From Eledone cirrhosa (Eukaryota), in NCBI GenBank assembly GCA_964016885.1, contig OZ024743.1:186620001-186684000 (forward strand): a stretch of DNA of 64,000 bases, read 5' to 3'. The first letter of the stretch is position 1. Each line of letters opens with the position of its first letter. Position numbers and translations under genes: made by a program. Below the pieces are notes generated by a model that made no database searches, was not told where the DNA came from, and saw only the letters and a list, made by a program, of their open reading frames with translations. Below are positions 11,101 through 23,654 of the stretch, piece after piece.

Positions 11101-11779
11101 GGCGCTGAAGGTGGAAGACTTACGTAGATTAGAGAGAAACGAAGCCTGCATGCTCCGATGGATGTGTAACAGTAATATACGTGAACGACAAAGCATAAAT
11201 GAATTGAGAGAGAGACTGAGCATAAGAGGAATCAAATGCTGCGTGCAGGAGAGGCGGTTACGCTGGTATGGACATGTGATGCGTATGAAGGATGACAGCT
11301 GCATAAAAAGGTGCAGAGCACTAGAAGTTGATGGAAACCGCGGAGTGGGGAGACCCAAGATGACTTGGGATGAGATGATAAAAGCCGACCTTACCCAACT
11401 ACACCTCTCAAAGTCAATGACACACGACCGTGACTTCTGGCGTCACGCAGTAATACAGGGTACCCGACCTCCCATGGGTACATGCTGAAGCATATAAACA
11501 ATATGCCCCCCCCCCCCCACCGCAAGGTGGTCGTGGAGGTGCCACGGCAAAAAAGCACCCAGCCCACACTGTAAAGTGGACGTGTAGGCGCCACGAAAAA
11601 GCACCCAGCACTCACTGTAAATGAGGTTGGTGTTAGGAAGGGCATCCAGCTGTAGAAATCAAGCCAGATCAGTTCCTGTATGAGCAAGGCATGGTCAGCC
11701 GACCAGACACTGCCCACAACAGGACAACCCGTCTAACCCATGCTAGCGTGGAAGAACGGACGTAAAACGGTGATGATGA
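8187..11779 (+). mobile_element. Apparently full-length RTE-clade non-LTR retrotransposon
   Basis: Single uninterrupted APE-RT ORF, short 5' leader after a (CA)n tract, about 290-nt 3' UTR ending ggacgtaaaacggtgatgatga. Flanked by CA-rich sequence; no TSD resolved and the 5' boundary is approximate. Confidence 0.9.
8369..11488 (+). CDS. RTE LINE polyprotein: AP-like endonuclease + reverse transcriptase with inserted PHD finger (1039 aa)
   Basis: APE motifs TINVG, VQETRW, SAYAP, AGDFNGH, QLDF. RT motifs KGDALDRGNYRGIKL, QFGF, FVDLEKAFDRV, GVHQGSVLSPLLF, LYADD, FCYLG. RTE C-terminus LHGSETW...RRLRWYGHVMR...GRPKMTW. Confidence 0.97.
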   Translation: MNLRATKHPREAPTQRPSPTSVDKCPKLRVGTINVGSMKGRAGEIVEMLERKEVDVCCVQETRWRGGSARVLVGKSQCYKFFWVGNDDGMGGVGILLADKWVDKVISVYRVNARIIKLRLVLNKTITTIISAYAPQSGLPDELKDRFYESLIHTTALTDDKDFLIIAGDFNGHVGKHCDGFNRVHGGHGVGTRNEEGFRLLEFCDANDMSICNTNFKKPDNHLITYRSGEHSSQLDFILIRGRDRWTVVNTKAFPSEECTSQHSLVVSDLTVRTRRALKQRPTWRRKIWKLKVPSTSNRFKDILLNAYDSKEEQIETFNVEENWEFLKNNLLEATDEVCGWSKTSSRRRVTWWWNNKVDEAVKAKRQAWKEWKNGGSRVHYIETKREARRQVYLARREAEDRKFKHVLQREDQKQEVFKIARQCVRDSCDVIGEKCIRNDKGELALTSAEKKDAWKSHYDRLLNEENAWEEETLPHVDPIEGPAVQVSGSVVSKAIRDMKIGKATGPSGIAAEMLKASGSVGHTITTRIVNQVILEGAIPKDWCSSIIVNCYKGKGDALDRGNYRGIKLMDQVMKVTERVIAQLIRDRVNIDEMQFGFVPGKGTTDALFLVRQLQEKYLAKSKPLYLAFVDLEKAFDRVPRAVIWWALRKLGVDEWLVKAVQAMYRGAVSKVRIGNEYSEEFSVQVGVHQGSVLSPLLFIIVLQAITEEFKTGCPWELLYADDLALIAESMVELENKFQTWKQGLERKGLKVNMTKTKVLISRRENRTQIPSGKWPCSVCRKGVGRNSILCPKCKQWVHKRCSGISGSLIKNVGFTCSSCAETASKQPQETSTTNLWEGPVETVDSFCYLGDRISNGGGCSESTITRVRTGWKKFRELLPLLAAKGFSLRMKGRLYDACIRTAMLHGSETWALKVEDLRRLERNEACMLRWMCNSNIRERQSINELRERLSIRGIKCCVQERRLRWYGHVMRMKDDSCIKRCRALEVDGNRGVGRPKMTWDEMIKADLTQLHLSKSMTHDRDFWRHAVIQGTRPPMGTC

Positions 11780-12198
11780 CACACATGCAAATGCACACAC
11801 AAAATAATACCAAGATAATCTTCCATTTCACATTGTGAGTTTCTTGCTAAATTCCTTGATTTGGAATTATATACATATGTGGAATTTGGCTTATAAAGAT
11901 ATAAATTATATATATATCTGTCTGAAAGTGTCTGGCAGGGAAAGCGTGCTGGATTGTGTGTACATGTTAGTAATAAATAATGTTATTTTTCTAAAATGAG
12001 CATAAACATAGCTTAACCATGCTCAAGCATACATGTGCACACATATACACACATAGGTGCAGGCACATGCACACACACATGCAAACACATAAAATGTTTA
12101 TTGAAGAGTGTGTAGACATCCATCATTTATATAATTTTGCTAAATATTTATATATAAATAGACAAGTGTATGTGTTTTTATATGTATGTGTGTGCATT

Positions 12199-12275
<77 letters not shown>

Positions 12276-13857
12276 ATATATGTATATATACATATATGTG
12301 CATATATGTGTGTGTATATTGCTCAGGAGTGTTGTTTATCTTAGTTGTTACGTAGTAACTTCCTGATGACAAGCAGGTCGTAGCGATCCAAATTACTACA
12401 CGTCAGTAGTTTATTCAAGGTAGGTGATAATGAGTAACGGGGTATTCATTTATCAAATAATAGTAGTTAAGACGGAATTAAATCACCATAATTGTTTATT
12501 ATATATATTTCTGTTACATGGTTATTTATGTGACTTCGTCAGATGCTTACGCAATTATTGGTGCAGCTTTGCAATCATGTTTATATGCCAGTGACCATGC
12601 ACATCCATCCAGTAGTGAAGTGGTTCGGCATATAGATCTTCTGTATGTTAATTCTAGCAGTTTATGTATTAGTTTTCTGATTGGTTATTCTAGTCTTTCA
12701 GAATGTTCTAGTTTTTGACAATCCTACTTCTTACCATAGTTCTTTCTCATCTATATTGTTCTTGGTTGACATCTAACACTCCCACTGTTACCCACCTTTG
12801 TTGTTATCCTAATTTGCCCTTCATTACCATGACACATCATATGCTCTGCACCGTATCAATAACCAGCACATACCTAACACTCACTATCTCCTTCATTATA
12901 CATTTCTGCATTACCCTGTCACTTTATTTCATTCATCACACTCATAATCCCACATGTCCACTTTCCTTTGCTATGACTGGATGTCCTTCCTATTACCACT
13001 CTCTTTCCAGAGTGTACTGCTGCATTTATCATGTGGATCATCAACACTAAGAAGGTTGTCATGTTTTTGACACAACTGAAAAATCCTTCCATATAAAATC
13101 AATTTCTGCCGCTGAGAATTTACTGCATTGCATATATGGTTCTTGCATACACAAACATATAGGCAAAAATGCATTCATAATTTGGTCTACTGACATCAGT
13201 CTACAGGTTGAAAGAGTATAATTGCTTTCTAAGTAAATTTTCAAGCAAATGTACCTTCACAAATGTTGACAAGAAACATTTATATTCAAGCAAGTTGAAT
13301 TAAATTCATATATGCACACACACATGCATACACACTCATACAATTTTATATAAATAAAAATTTGAATGAAATCCTACATCAAATGAAAATGAAAAAGAAT
13401 TATATCAATATTAATGTTTATATCATTTTTTCTTTTAAATTCATATGCCTTTAAAATGTCACTAAGGTTCTTTAATGTTAGAAATACATTTTAAAGTAAT
13501 TTTGAGACATTATGGTTGCTCACAATATCTTTGAAAATAGATTAAACATAAGATTGTTTAAACTGGAATTTTCTTGTATTCTTTGTCCATTTACCTTGTA
13601 CAAAGATTATAATAGTTAGTTTCCATATCAAATAATAAGTGACATGATACGAACACTAGAAAGAAAAATATCTTTATATTCTGTGAGCATATATTTTTTC
13701 TACGTGGCAATTAGATTACTGTTTAGAATCATTTGTTCTGCATCAGTGATTTAATTCAGTTGTATATCAGCTTAAACCCCACCCCCCAGAAAAAAACCCT
13801 GCCAAGAGCTTATCTTATCAAGATGTATATTTATTCTGCTATCTTCATTTTTCAAAA

Positions 13858-13998
13858 AACAAAAAAAACAAAAAACAAAAAACAAAAAACAAAAAACAAA
13901 AAACAAAAAAACAAAAAAACAAAAAACAAAAAACAAAAAACAAAAAACAAAAAACAAAAAACAAAAAACAAAAAACAAAAAACAAAAAATCAAAACAA
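13858..13998. repeat. (AAAAAAC)n heptamer-type simple repeat
   Basis: Direct inspection. Confidence 0.95.
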
Positions 13999-14331
13999 AA
14001 CAATGTTTTGGCTATAGGACTTCAGGGTGATGCTAACGAAAAATATATATAACCTAAATATATATCAATACTGGTTTCTAACTTTGAAACGAAGGTTACA
14101 CATTTGATTGGATGGGAACAGTTGATTAGGTTAATAGACCAGTACATAGCTTATAGGTCTCAGCTAAGCTAAGTGCTGAAGCCCTGACAATATTTGAAAT
14201 CAAAACATAAAGGTATACAACTAAATACTGCAAGGAATTCTGTCCACCCACTGCTCTAAAACAAATAGCAATATTACATTGTTTTTAGTGTAAATGTGTT
14301 CATTGAGAGATAACATTATTTAAGTAATATA

Positions 14332-14516
14332 GGGCGGTGGATTGGCAGTATCGGTAGAGGGTCGGACGCCATGCTTTCCAGCATAGTTACGTCCCTTTAC
14401 GATCTGAGTTCAAATCCCGCCGAGGTTGATTTTGCCTTTCATCCTTACGGGGTCGATAAAATAAAGTACCAGTAATGCACTGGATAATTGCTGGCCTTGT
14501 GCCTAAAGTAGAAACA
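14332..14516 (+). mobile_element. Full-length tRNA-derived SINE with 17-bp TSD
   Basis: A-box-like TGGCAGTATCGG and B-box GAGTTCAAATCC; TSD ATTATTTAAGTAATATA at 14315-14331 and 14517-14533; near-identical copy at 24983-25167. Confidence 0.92.
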
Positions 14517-17489
14517 ATTATTTAAGTAATATAAAAATGGAAATTAAAAGCTAATTCAATGAAAATAAAATTTTCTTCATATATTTTGAAATATTTTCAT
14601 AAAGTTAAGAGACCTATTGGGTGAAACAGGGTCAATGATACACTTTGACATATGGCCCCAAATACATAGTCAACTAATAGTATGTGATTTTGAAATGATA
14701 CAAAATGTTGCCAAGTGGATTATTGCCAAAACAGGAGGAAAGCAGATGATAGTGATAGTAATGCTAATGATCAATAGTTATGTCAAAATTTAAGAATACA
14801 CGAAAAATCAATAAATTTATAAAATATAAATACAGCCCATTGCTTAAAACCTTAAAGGAATATATTTTCTCTTGTTTGAAAGGTTATAGTTTATCTACTA
14901 TGATTCCAATACACAGAAACATTAATGAACTCAGGTTTGGGATTTTGTGTTTACTTAATGAAAGATTTTAATTCAGCACAGTATATTACTGTAATTTATT
15001 ATCAGTGATAATGTACCTTTCCTGTATTTTGTATCTTTTAGTCAGGAGGGATGACAGTGCTTTTTAAAACCTTCAAGACTATTGGGAATGAGGGAGGAAG
15101 GTATCTTCAAACTGGAGCCCAGGTCTGAATACTTGCAGCAGTGTAGGCCTTGCTGAAAACACCCAAGAACCAAGTGGAGATGTTAACCAGGTGATTGATT
15201 AAGTATACCACCCAAGTAGACCATGTTAGGATTTGAACTCAGGATGCAAAGACATAGAGGAAATACTATAAGGCTTACTAGATTGGTACTTTATTGACTC
15301 TGAAAAGATGTAAGGTAAACTTAGTGCCTACTTACAAATTTGTAAGGAAGAGGAAATGAAAGGAAATATTACCCTTTAATCATGCCAAGGACATGACAGC
15401 CTCCCTAGTGCTGGTGATCTACATGATAACTGCACCCCCCAGTACATGCTGTAAAGTGGTTGGTGATAGGAAGGGCACCCAGTCATAGAAAGTTTTTCAG
15501 ACAAAGAGTTGGGAGGACTCTTCAGTTGTGTCAAAGACATGACAACCTCTCCTGTGCACTCAGTAGAATTTGGGATTGTATATAAGTGAAATAACACTTG
15601 GAGGTCAGTAGTTCTTCTTCAGACTAAGCCTGAAAATAATAAATCCTATTAAAATGATGATGATGATGATGACAGTGATGATGATGATGTATTCCACAAG
15701 GGATTTAGTAAAAAAAGGAAGAGAAATAGTTTTGACTTCAAATCAAATATAGCTCAATAAATGAACATACCAGAAACTTGTCTCAAATATATGTTGATTG
15801 GTGTAAGGAAAGGCAAAGGACAAATAACTCCTGATGGAGACATAAGGACAATGTTCTGACACACAGTGTATCCTTATTCTTTTAATCCTGGTGGAGCTCA
15901 TCTCTTTCCAGGTTGGAACACAGTCAATTTCATTCAGGGAAAATGTCAAGCCCAGTACTGAACTGGTACTTTATTTATCAACCTTGGCAGAATGTGAACT
16001 TAGAGTACTGCAAGTCAAAATAAATACCACAGTATTTTTAATCTGCAACCCTAAAAATATTCCCAATACTTTACAGCAATTTCATAAGTACAATATTTCT
16101 TCATTCCCACAAAGAATGGGGTATCCTGGAAAAGCAATTAAAAAATGTTGATAGATTTGCATGTGTGTATGGAGTGGTTAATCGATTACATGAAATACCA
16201 TTCTTTGTATGTCACCTTGCCAACATCAGTATGGATAAGATTAAAAGAATGTGTATGCTTTTATATTTATCAGCATTAGCATTTGAGGATAAACACCCAA
16301 AGCAATATCAAGTTTAATAATTCTCTGGAAAAAGTAGTCTTGTAGCCAAAAGCTTATTTAACAATTTAACTACATGAACAACATAGGATACAAGTTAAAC
16401 AAAGGTTAAAACACTTGAATCTTACTTGCTATTCTTAATACTACTTGTCTACTTTCAATTATCAGAAACTAAGCCTGAAAATAATGAAACCAAATCTCCT
16501 GTACAAACTCCAAACTCTTGCAATCAAGCAAACTATTGAAGTGATTAGTTAGGGTTTTTTTAAAATCAAAATATGTCGACTGTTTATTCAATATTAAAGA
16601 ATTTAGGAGAACAGGTGAAGTAATTCACTGAGAGATAATTTAGTTCTTCATCAATGAACTGGATTTACTGATTTATGGATTCTACATATTCATCTAAACA
16701 TCTTAAATCTCTTATATATGAGAATATATAAAAAAAGCACAACAGTTACCACGTCTTTCTCTTTTCTTTACAGACTCTCTATTTCTCCCCACCCCCTCTC
16801 ACTCTCGCGCACGCGCACACACACACACACACACACACAAGAATGTGTATGTATTATTGATCTTAGATTTTATATAAATATTTAACTGAAAGTGTTCATA
16901 AATATGCAGACATATTGAAGAGAAATTAGTGTACTAGCAGCATTTGTGCTTTGTGTCAATATATTTGTGAACATTACACACACACACTCACAAACACACA
17001 TATATATATATACGTAAGCAGACATGCATACACTCACACATATAGATACATACAAACATATATATATATATACATGTAAGCAGACATGCATACACTCACA
17101 CATATACATACATACAAACAAATATATATACACATATACCTACCTACCTACATACAAACATACATACATACATTCATACATACATACACTTTACTGCCCA
17201 TAAAATGTACATGCCTTCATGGTGTGTCTGCTTGGTCACAGCCTGGAGATTGAAACCTCTACAAGAATTCCCATGTATTCACATGTACATGAGTATATAT
17301 GATTCTAGTTTGATAATGCAGGCTGAGAAATAAATCAATATATAAGTTTAACAATGCAACAAATGTCTGAAAACATTACAGATGTTGTTTAGAAGTTGAG
17401 GAAGATCTGTATGATAACAAAAAGATGAGTGGAGATTATATATTTCTGAATATGGTTGCAGTCTGTTCCAGTTTACAAAACTCTGCAAC

Positions 17490-17703
17490 TATGAGGGTGG
17501 GCTGGAAAGTTCATAGGCTGACTATGAAGGAGTGATGCTAGAGCTGGGAAATATTATATGAAATATTGTATGAATTAATTTCATATCTTTTTATTAATAA
17601 CTGCATTGTTTCTTTCTAGGGACTATGTTGAAAAATAAACCTCCTTTGGTCATTCCATGAGAATATCTTGGTCAGCCGATGGACTATTCAGTTGACTCTC
17701 ATA
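17490..17703. mobile_element. Tc1/mariner-type MITE
   Basis: Imperfect TIRs tatgagggtgggctggaaagttcataggctgac / gtcagccgatggactattcagttgactctcata with TA ends. Confidence 0.75.
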
Positions 17704-20700
17704 TATTTCTGAATACAGCTACATTCTGTTCCTGTTTACAAAACACTGCAACTATATAACCAGCTAACCACTGACAAATAGCTCAGCATGCTGACATGTT
17801 GGTTAACTAATATAATTCCATAGAATCAGAACCAGTTTAGGCTGGGTTGGTATCAAAAGGGTTAATACTCTGTACACCATTTTAAAATTGCTCTTTCCCT
17901 TTATATTTATAGGAGAAAAAGGAAAGAGTCTAATACCCTTTTACCAAGGCTTTTCAAAATCGATGGAGATGAAATTGAGGGAACATTAACAACTCATGTT
18001 TTGCTGCAGTGAGAAGCAGTACATCAAGAAATCATAATCTCTTTCTTCATTAGTCTGCAGCTAAGGCGCCAAAGGGATACACAATGGTGTCAAATTGGGT
18101 GATGGATTAAGTCTACCATGCATAGAAGGCATATACATACACACATGCGTACATGCACATATTAAATTTCTTGTGTCATATATTACTGCACTAAGATCAC
18201 TGATTATTGGTTCTGTGAAGTGATATATTTTTGTGTATGTATGTGTAGTTATATATATATATATGTATATATATATACCTATGTGGGTGTGCTTGTATGT
18301 ATGTTTGTATATATATATATATACATATGTGTGAATATAAATGTGTGTGTTGTATATTGGAATGTATGTATATATATATATGTGTGTGAGTATGAGTGTA
18401 TGTTTATGTATTTGTATATATATATATACATATGTGTGTGTTTGTGTGTGTGTGATTCTCATAATCAGTGTCATTAGATTAAATCTATTTGTGGATGACC
18501 TGAGAGAGAAATTGTGTTTAAAAAGAATCAAATATAATGTGCACGAGAGAGAAGATTGCATTGTTATGGCCTTATGATGGGTAAGCTAGTAATATAATAA
18601 TTTGAACAATAAGGTCAACAAGCTTTTCTTAATAAAGAGAAATACTCCATTATTGTAATAATTGTATGCATCCATTAATATTTTCATGAAATTCCACTTT
18701 AAATAGTTTCTTATAATGCAGCTTTATAAAACAAAACAACTGAGAAAAAAAACTAACTTTTTACATGTTCTTAATTATCGTCTTAAATTACTTTTACTTT
18801 ATCTTCATTAACTTCAGTCTGTCTTCTCCACATCATTCTTAGTGTTCATCTTTGTCTTATTGGTAGCCAGAGTAGAAATAGTTGTAGTAGTAGTAGTAGT
18901 AGTAAGAACATAATACAAACTGTAATTGTAAATATAAACACAAAGATTACTGGGACTGAATCTTATGAAGAAATATCCCCTCACACATCTCTTTAGTTGC
19001 ATGTTTAGCAAAGCTGAAGAAACATTGCATATTTTTTATCATCATCATCATTTAACGTCCATTTTTTCCATGCTTACATAGGTAGATGGGTTGTCACATT
19101 ATGAGACAAGTCTGGCCCAGTGACCAACATGCTCATACGGATCTGTATTTTGGCTTGGTTCCTACCATTGGATGTCTTTCCTAACAGCAACTATGTTACA
19201 TTGTGAACTGGATGCTTTTTATTGTGGTACCAAAATGACCATCTAACAGAGTTGACAGGGTACTTTTTGTCATTTCACCAACACGACCAACTTACAGGGT
19301 GGACTGGGTGCTTTTTGATTGTCACCAGCACAACCACCATTTACTCTAATATTTATATCAAGTTTTATATATATATTTTTAATTAAATTGTGAAATATTA
19401 AGTTATTTGTTGTTATAGTTAGACTAGCTGACATATAATCTTGGTCGCCTAAGACATAGTTCATATTCTCAAAGAAGATGGAATTTGTTGAGGGAGATTT
19501 GTTAGGCTGAATGTCTAAACAAAACCACCCTCATTAATCCAAATGTAGAAAAATGTATGAGAAAGTATGCTTTTGAATTTTTTTTAATGATTTCTAATTT
19601 AGGCACAAGGCCAGAAATCTAGGGGGTGGGGAAAGTTACTTAAATTGACCCCAGTACTCAACTAGGGCTTTATTTATTAATCTTGAAAAGATGATCTCAG
19701 TGGCATTTAAACCCAGAATATAAAAATCTAAAATAAATACTGCAATGTATTTGTCTGGCACTCTAATGATTCTGCCAATCTGCCAACCTTGAAGTTTCTT
19801 AAATGAAAACTTGTGTATCTAAGGATTTCTGTTACACAAAAATATTTCATCTTTAATACTGAGTATCTGTTGCATAACTCAACATAATCTTAGTAAACAG
19901 GATCTTGTTTCTCTAGAGTAATGATGAAAAAAAGAAAACAAAATTAGAGTAGGGAAAAAGTTAGTGAATATCTCAATTTCAAATTATTAAAGTTTTATTA
20001 AACTAACCCTTTGAATTTTATTGGATTTTTTTGTCAATGATAAACATAGTGAAAATTGGATGAGACAATAAAATAGCAAGGGAAATTATTAATTCTTTAA
20101 ATTAGGTTAGATTTTCATGAAAATCGTATAACTATTAAATTTTAATATCCTGTTCTATCCTAAAAGAAATCCCACAAAAATATAAACTTATTGATTATTC
20201 TGCCAACTTGAAATTTGCTGCTTTCATCGTTCTGTCTTCTTCTCAGTTCTTAAAGTGTCATTTAAAGAATGTGGTTTTAATTCTAATTGAAGATTTACTT
20301 CTCCATATATTTTACTTTAATTTATTTTTGTCTCATATAGTCAGCCAGAGAATGGTTTATTCATCATAAAGTAGATTAGTATACGTCTCCATAGGTACAT
20401 AGTGCATTATACAAGTTTCCATTAATTTATATATTGATTAAACAATGTCATTCCCGTGTACATAATCCTGAATGAAATATTTATCTGCAATCATTATTAG
20501 AACAAAATTGTCGATATTTGCTGAGCTCTATACATATGTACCTATTAGGCTATATTTTTACACTCAAACAGTTATTCAAACAGATGCAATCACCCACACA
20601 TAGAACCACACACATTATCATATTTATTGTATTATAGAGGCATATACCCACTCAATACGTGTACAAAATTCCAATCAGCTGAAGGTTAAAATAAAATAAA

Positions 20701-20779
20701 AGATGATAATAGCAAATATGTTTAAGTAGCAGTTTAAATGTAGTGGCGATAATTCTAGTCATATATCCATGTGAATTAT

Positions 20780-21260
20780 GAGCAAGTTTAACAGCATAGC
20801 TGATATATGTGACACTGAATTGGACTTAGGCCAGAATGACTGGCCATATCTTACAAAATAGTAGGGGAGGATAAGAAACCAGACAGAAAACCTTGATGTT
20901 AATGGAGGTTTTATCACTTCTTTGAACAGCTACATGCTATAAATACTTTGAAGTAGATGTAAATATACTCTGGATAGCACATGACTAAGAATGAAATTCT
21001 ACACTAAACTTAGAAGAAGATGAAAATGAATAATTTCTTTGAAATAGAAATCAATATTTCACATGGCATTTGAATTACCAGTATTTTGTATCAACATTTG
21101 ATAACTTGATTGGTTATTCACAGAATTATGCTTTATTGGCCAGAAAACAAGGGCAATGCTGGAAATTGATGGCAACATTCACCTAAAAAATGATAGAGGT
21201 AGATACTTATAAACAAAACTAGATATGGGAAATTTAAGTTCAGTCCAAGCTGTATCACAG
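20780..21260 (+). mobile_element. Heavily decayed R4/Dong-like LINE fragment
   Basis: Remnant readings CDTELDLGQN (cf. DIxMxFGLDKC) and LDWLFTELCFIGQKTRAMLEIDGNIHLKNDRGR (cf. W..EL..IDRKTRK.L...G..HP.SD..RLY). Confidence 0.5.
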
Positions 21261-22688
21261 GGAACTGTTCAAACAAAAATCTGATACATTAAAAAATACA
21301 TGAAATATATATAAATTAATTAAAAAAAATAATTTAACTTGATTTTAAATATTTGCAAGAACATTGACCTCTAAACTTTTATTACAATATTTTTAATGAA
21401 GGACACTACCAAATGGCTTCAATTAATAAAGGAAATAGTCAACATTCTAGAGAAGTTAAAAAAATAACTAATTCTTTTATTATTTAGCTGGTGTCTGGAA
21501 CATTCCTGAACAAAAAATTATTACAATTTATATCAACCTCAGTACTTAACAGTACTTTAATTTCCCTGGAAGTATGGTGAAGTTGACTTCCACAGGATTT
21601 GAACTTAGATTGGGAAAGTCATAAGTTATGTTTTTCTCCATTCTGAGTTCAAATCTCGTTATGACTCATAACTAAATGTTGCAAATAATTTTCTTCAACA
21701 CTCTACCAATACTGGCAATTCACATTTTTAGAGCTAAACAACAATGATAGCTTTTCCTTCCTGCTGCTTACACATCCATGGACATTAAGTTATATGTCAT
21801 GTTGTCAGCACAGTCTTCTGTAGTTTATAGTATATGAAATAAAAATGATCTTAATTTTCTAGTTTTCTGTTATTACAGAAGGGATATAACTTCTGGGAAC
21901 ATTGACAATCAAAAATAGTACCTTCACACCTTAAAACCTTATTGTTGCACTTCTTATGAATAATTTACCAGCATTATTATTTAAACAATATTAAACACTT
22001 TGTAGATTACAGTGAAAAGCATTATGAATCTTTCAAAGAGTTTTGTTAATTTTATTTGGCTAAAGGACCTGTTTTGTATATATAAAAAAGTAACACTGAA
22101 TAAATCAATATATCTACAGTTTGGCAATGAGCCAATAAAGAACAATAAATAACTTTAAGACAGAAATAATTCTGCAAAACAATCTGGAAACATAAAAACT
22201 AAACATTGACAGTAAGATAGAGAGATGAGAGTGATAGAGAAGATAATAAATTATGTGCAAAATATTTAATTTTGTTAGTGAAATGGTAGGGGTCAAATAA
22301 AGAGTTTGGTCACTTGAATATATGAATATTTCATATGAGTAATTCTTAAATGAAAATAAAAGTTTGTATGAGTTCATTAAACTCATTTGCTTTAATGCAT
22401 TTCCTTCAGTATGAAGAGTAATAAAGTTAACTAAACAAGTAAGAATAAAACTTAACATACAGAATTAAAATTTAGAATTTAAGCAATTGATAAAGATAAT
22501 GATAAATTTACAGTGATGATGATGAATTTCTATCAAGCCAAGGGAAAGTTAGAAATATAAAATATAAAAAACAACATTGAATAACATCCTTTAGAGTAGG
22601 TCTCTGTTATCATGGATACACTTTAGCTGTTATTTTAATTTATTGATGGCGTTCATAGCTTTTAATATCCATAATGTATGTATTTAAT

Positions 22689-22847
22689 CCAGTCATATGC
22701 AAACTGCGCCTTACGAGCCACAGGCAGCCCATTTGGCCTTGTAAATGGCACACCTAATTTCAAAATTGAATTTCTAGTAATGCAGCCTGTCTTATGATGA
22801 GCCCCATTCTATGTTACACACTTCTTAAAGAAGGTTGCTTATGCCTG
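22689..22847. mobile_element. Decayed hAT (Charlie-like) MITE
   Basis: cagtcatatgcaaact... / ...aggttgcttatgcctg imperfect TIRs. Confidence 0.45.
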
Positions 22848-23654
22848 CTTTAACCCTTTAGTAGTTACATTAGTTTATACATACTATTATATTTTCATGG
22901 TAAAATCTTTTTCTCACATAATATTGAGCCTATGAGATTTTGATATTACTTATTTTGAGAATAATACCGTAACATCAGTATGAGTTGCCAGTTACAGCTG
23001 GTTTGAACAGAAAGAGGTGAAAGAATTCTGGCCGGATAGGGCTGGTTTAAATGTACAAAACAATTTGATTCCCAGAAACAGTTTCTTGAAACAAAAGAAC
23101 ATATGATCAACAAATACAAGATGGAATCAATATTTCTAGCCTCTCCTCCAATAAATGTGCAGAAATATGAAATCTTGGAAATGACGTCAAACTTAGAAAT
23201 GGAAAGGTGAACAAATGCCATGTTTTTCAGTTTAGAAGTTAAAATAAAATAAATTATTCTGCTAATGATGGAATGTAACGACTCTACTAAAAATTGATTA
23301 TACTTTTTTAGGGGACACAAATCAATCAGTGTTTAATGGTTATAAATGTTTTGAACAACATAAATGATCAAGGGACACACCAGTAACTGACTACCATATT
23401 CAGTTTGACCATCTTGCTGTGAAACAGAGATTACAAAATTATTTTTTCTCAACATGTCCTCCTTTATAGGGTATTGATTGGGCAAAAGCAAACCCTGGAA
23501 AACAAATGATTAGTGAAAGCTACACTTGGTGAGTTAACTCTATCTGGTATAACAAAACAGCTAAAGAAAATCATGCATAGGCATACTCCCAACATTTCAT
23601 CGGTAGTGATAAAAAAGACCTAGATGTTACCTACAATGGACCCATACAAAAACC

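Noticed and set aside
10243-11358. Long antisense ORFs (209 aa and 148 aa) inside the RTE
   Set aside because: Shadow frames of the LINE ORF with no recognisable domain.
12345-12415. Second hammerhead-like sequence (CTGATGA at 12363 on plus; CTGACGT-GTAGTAA...TTACTAC-GTAAC on minus) next to a TA/TG microsatellite
   Set aside because: No intact GAAA with matching stems I and III on either strand; at most a decayed Penelope-type remnant.
14332-14420. tRNA gene
   Set aside because: A and B boxes are present but spacing is extended, there is no cloverleaf, and it is multicopy with TSDs: a SINE head.
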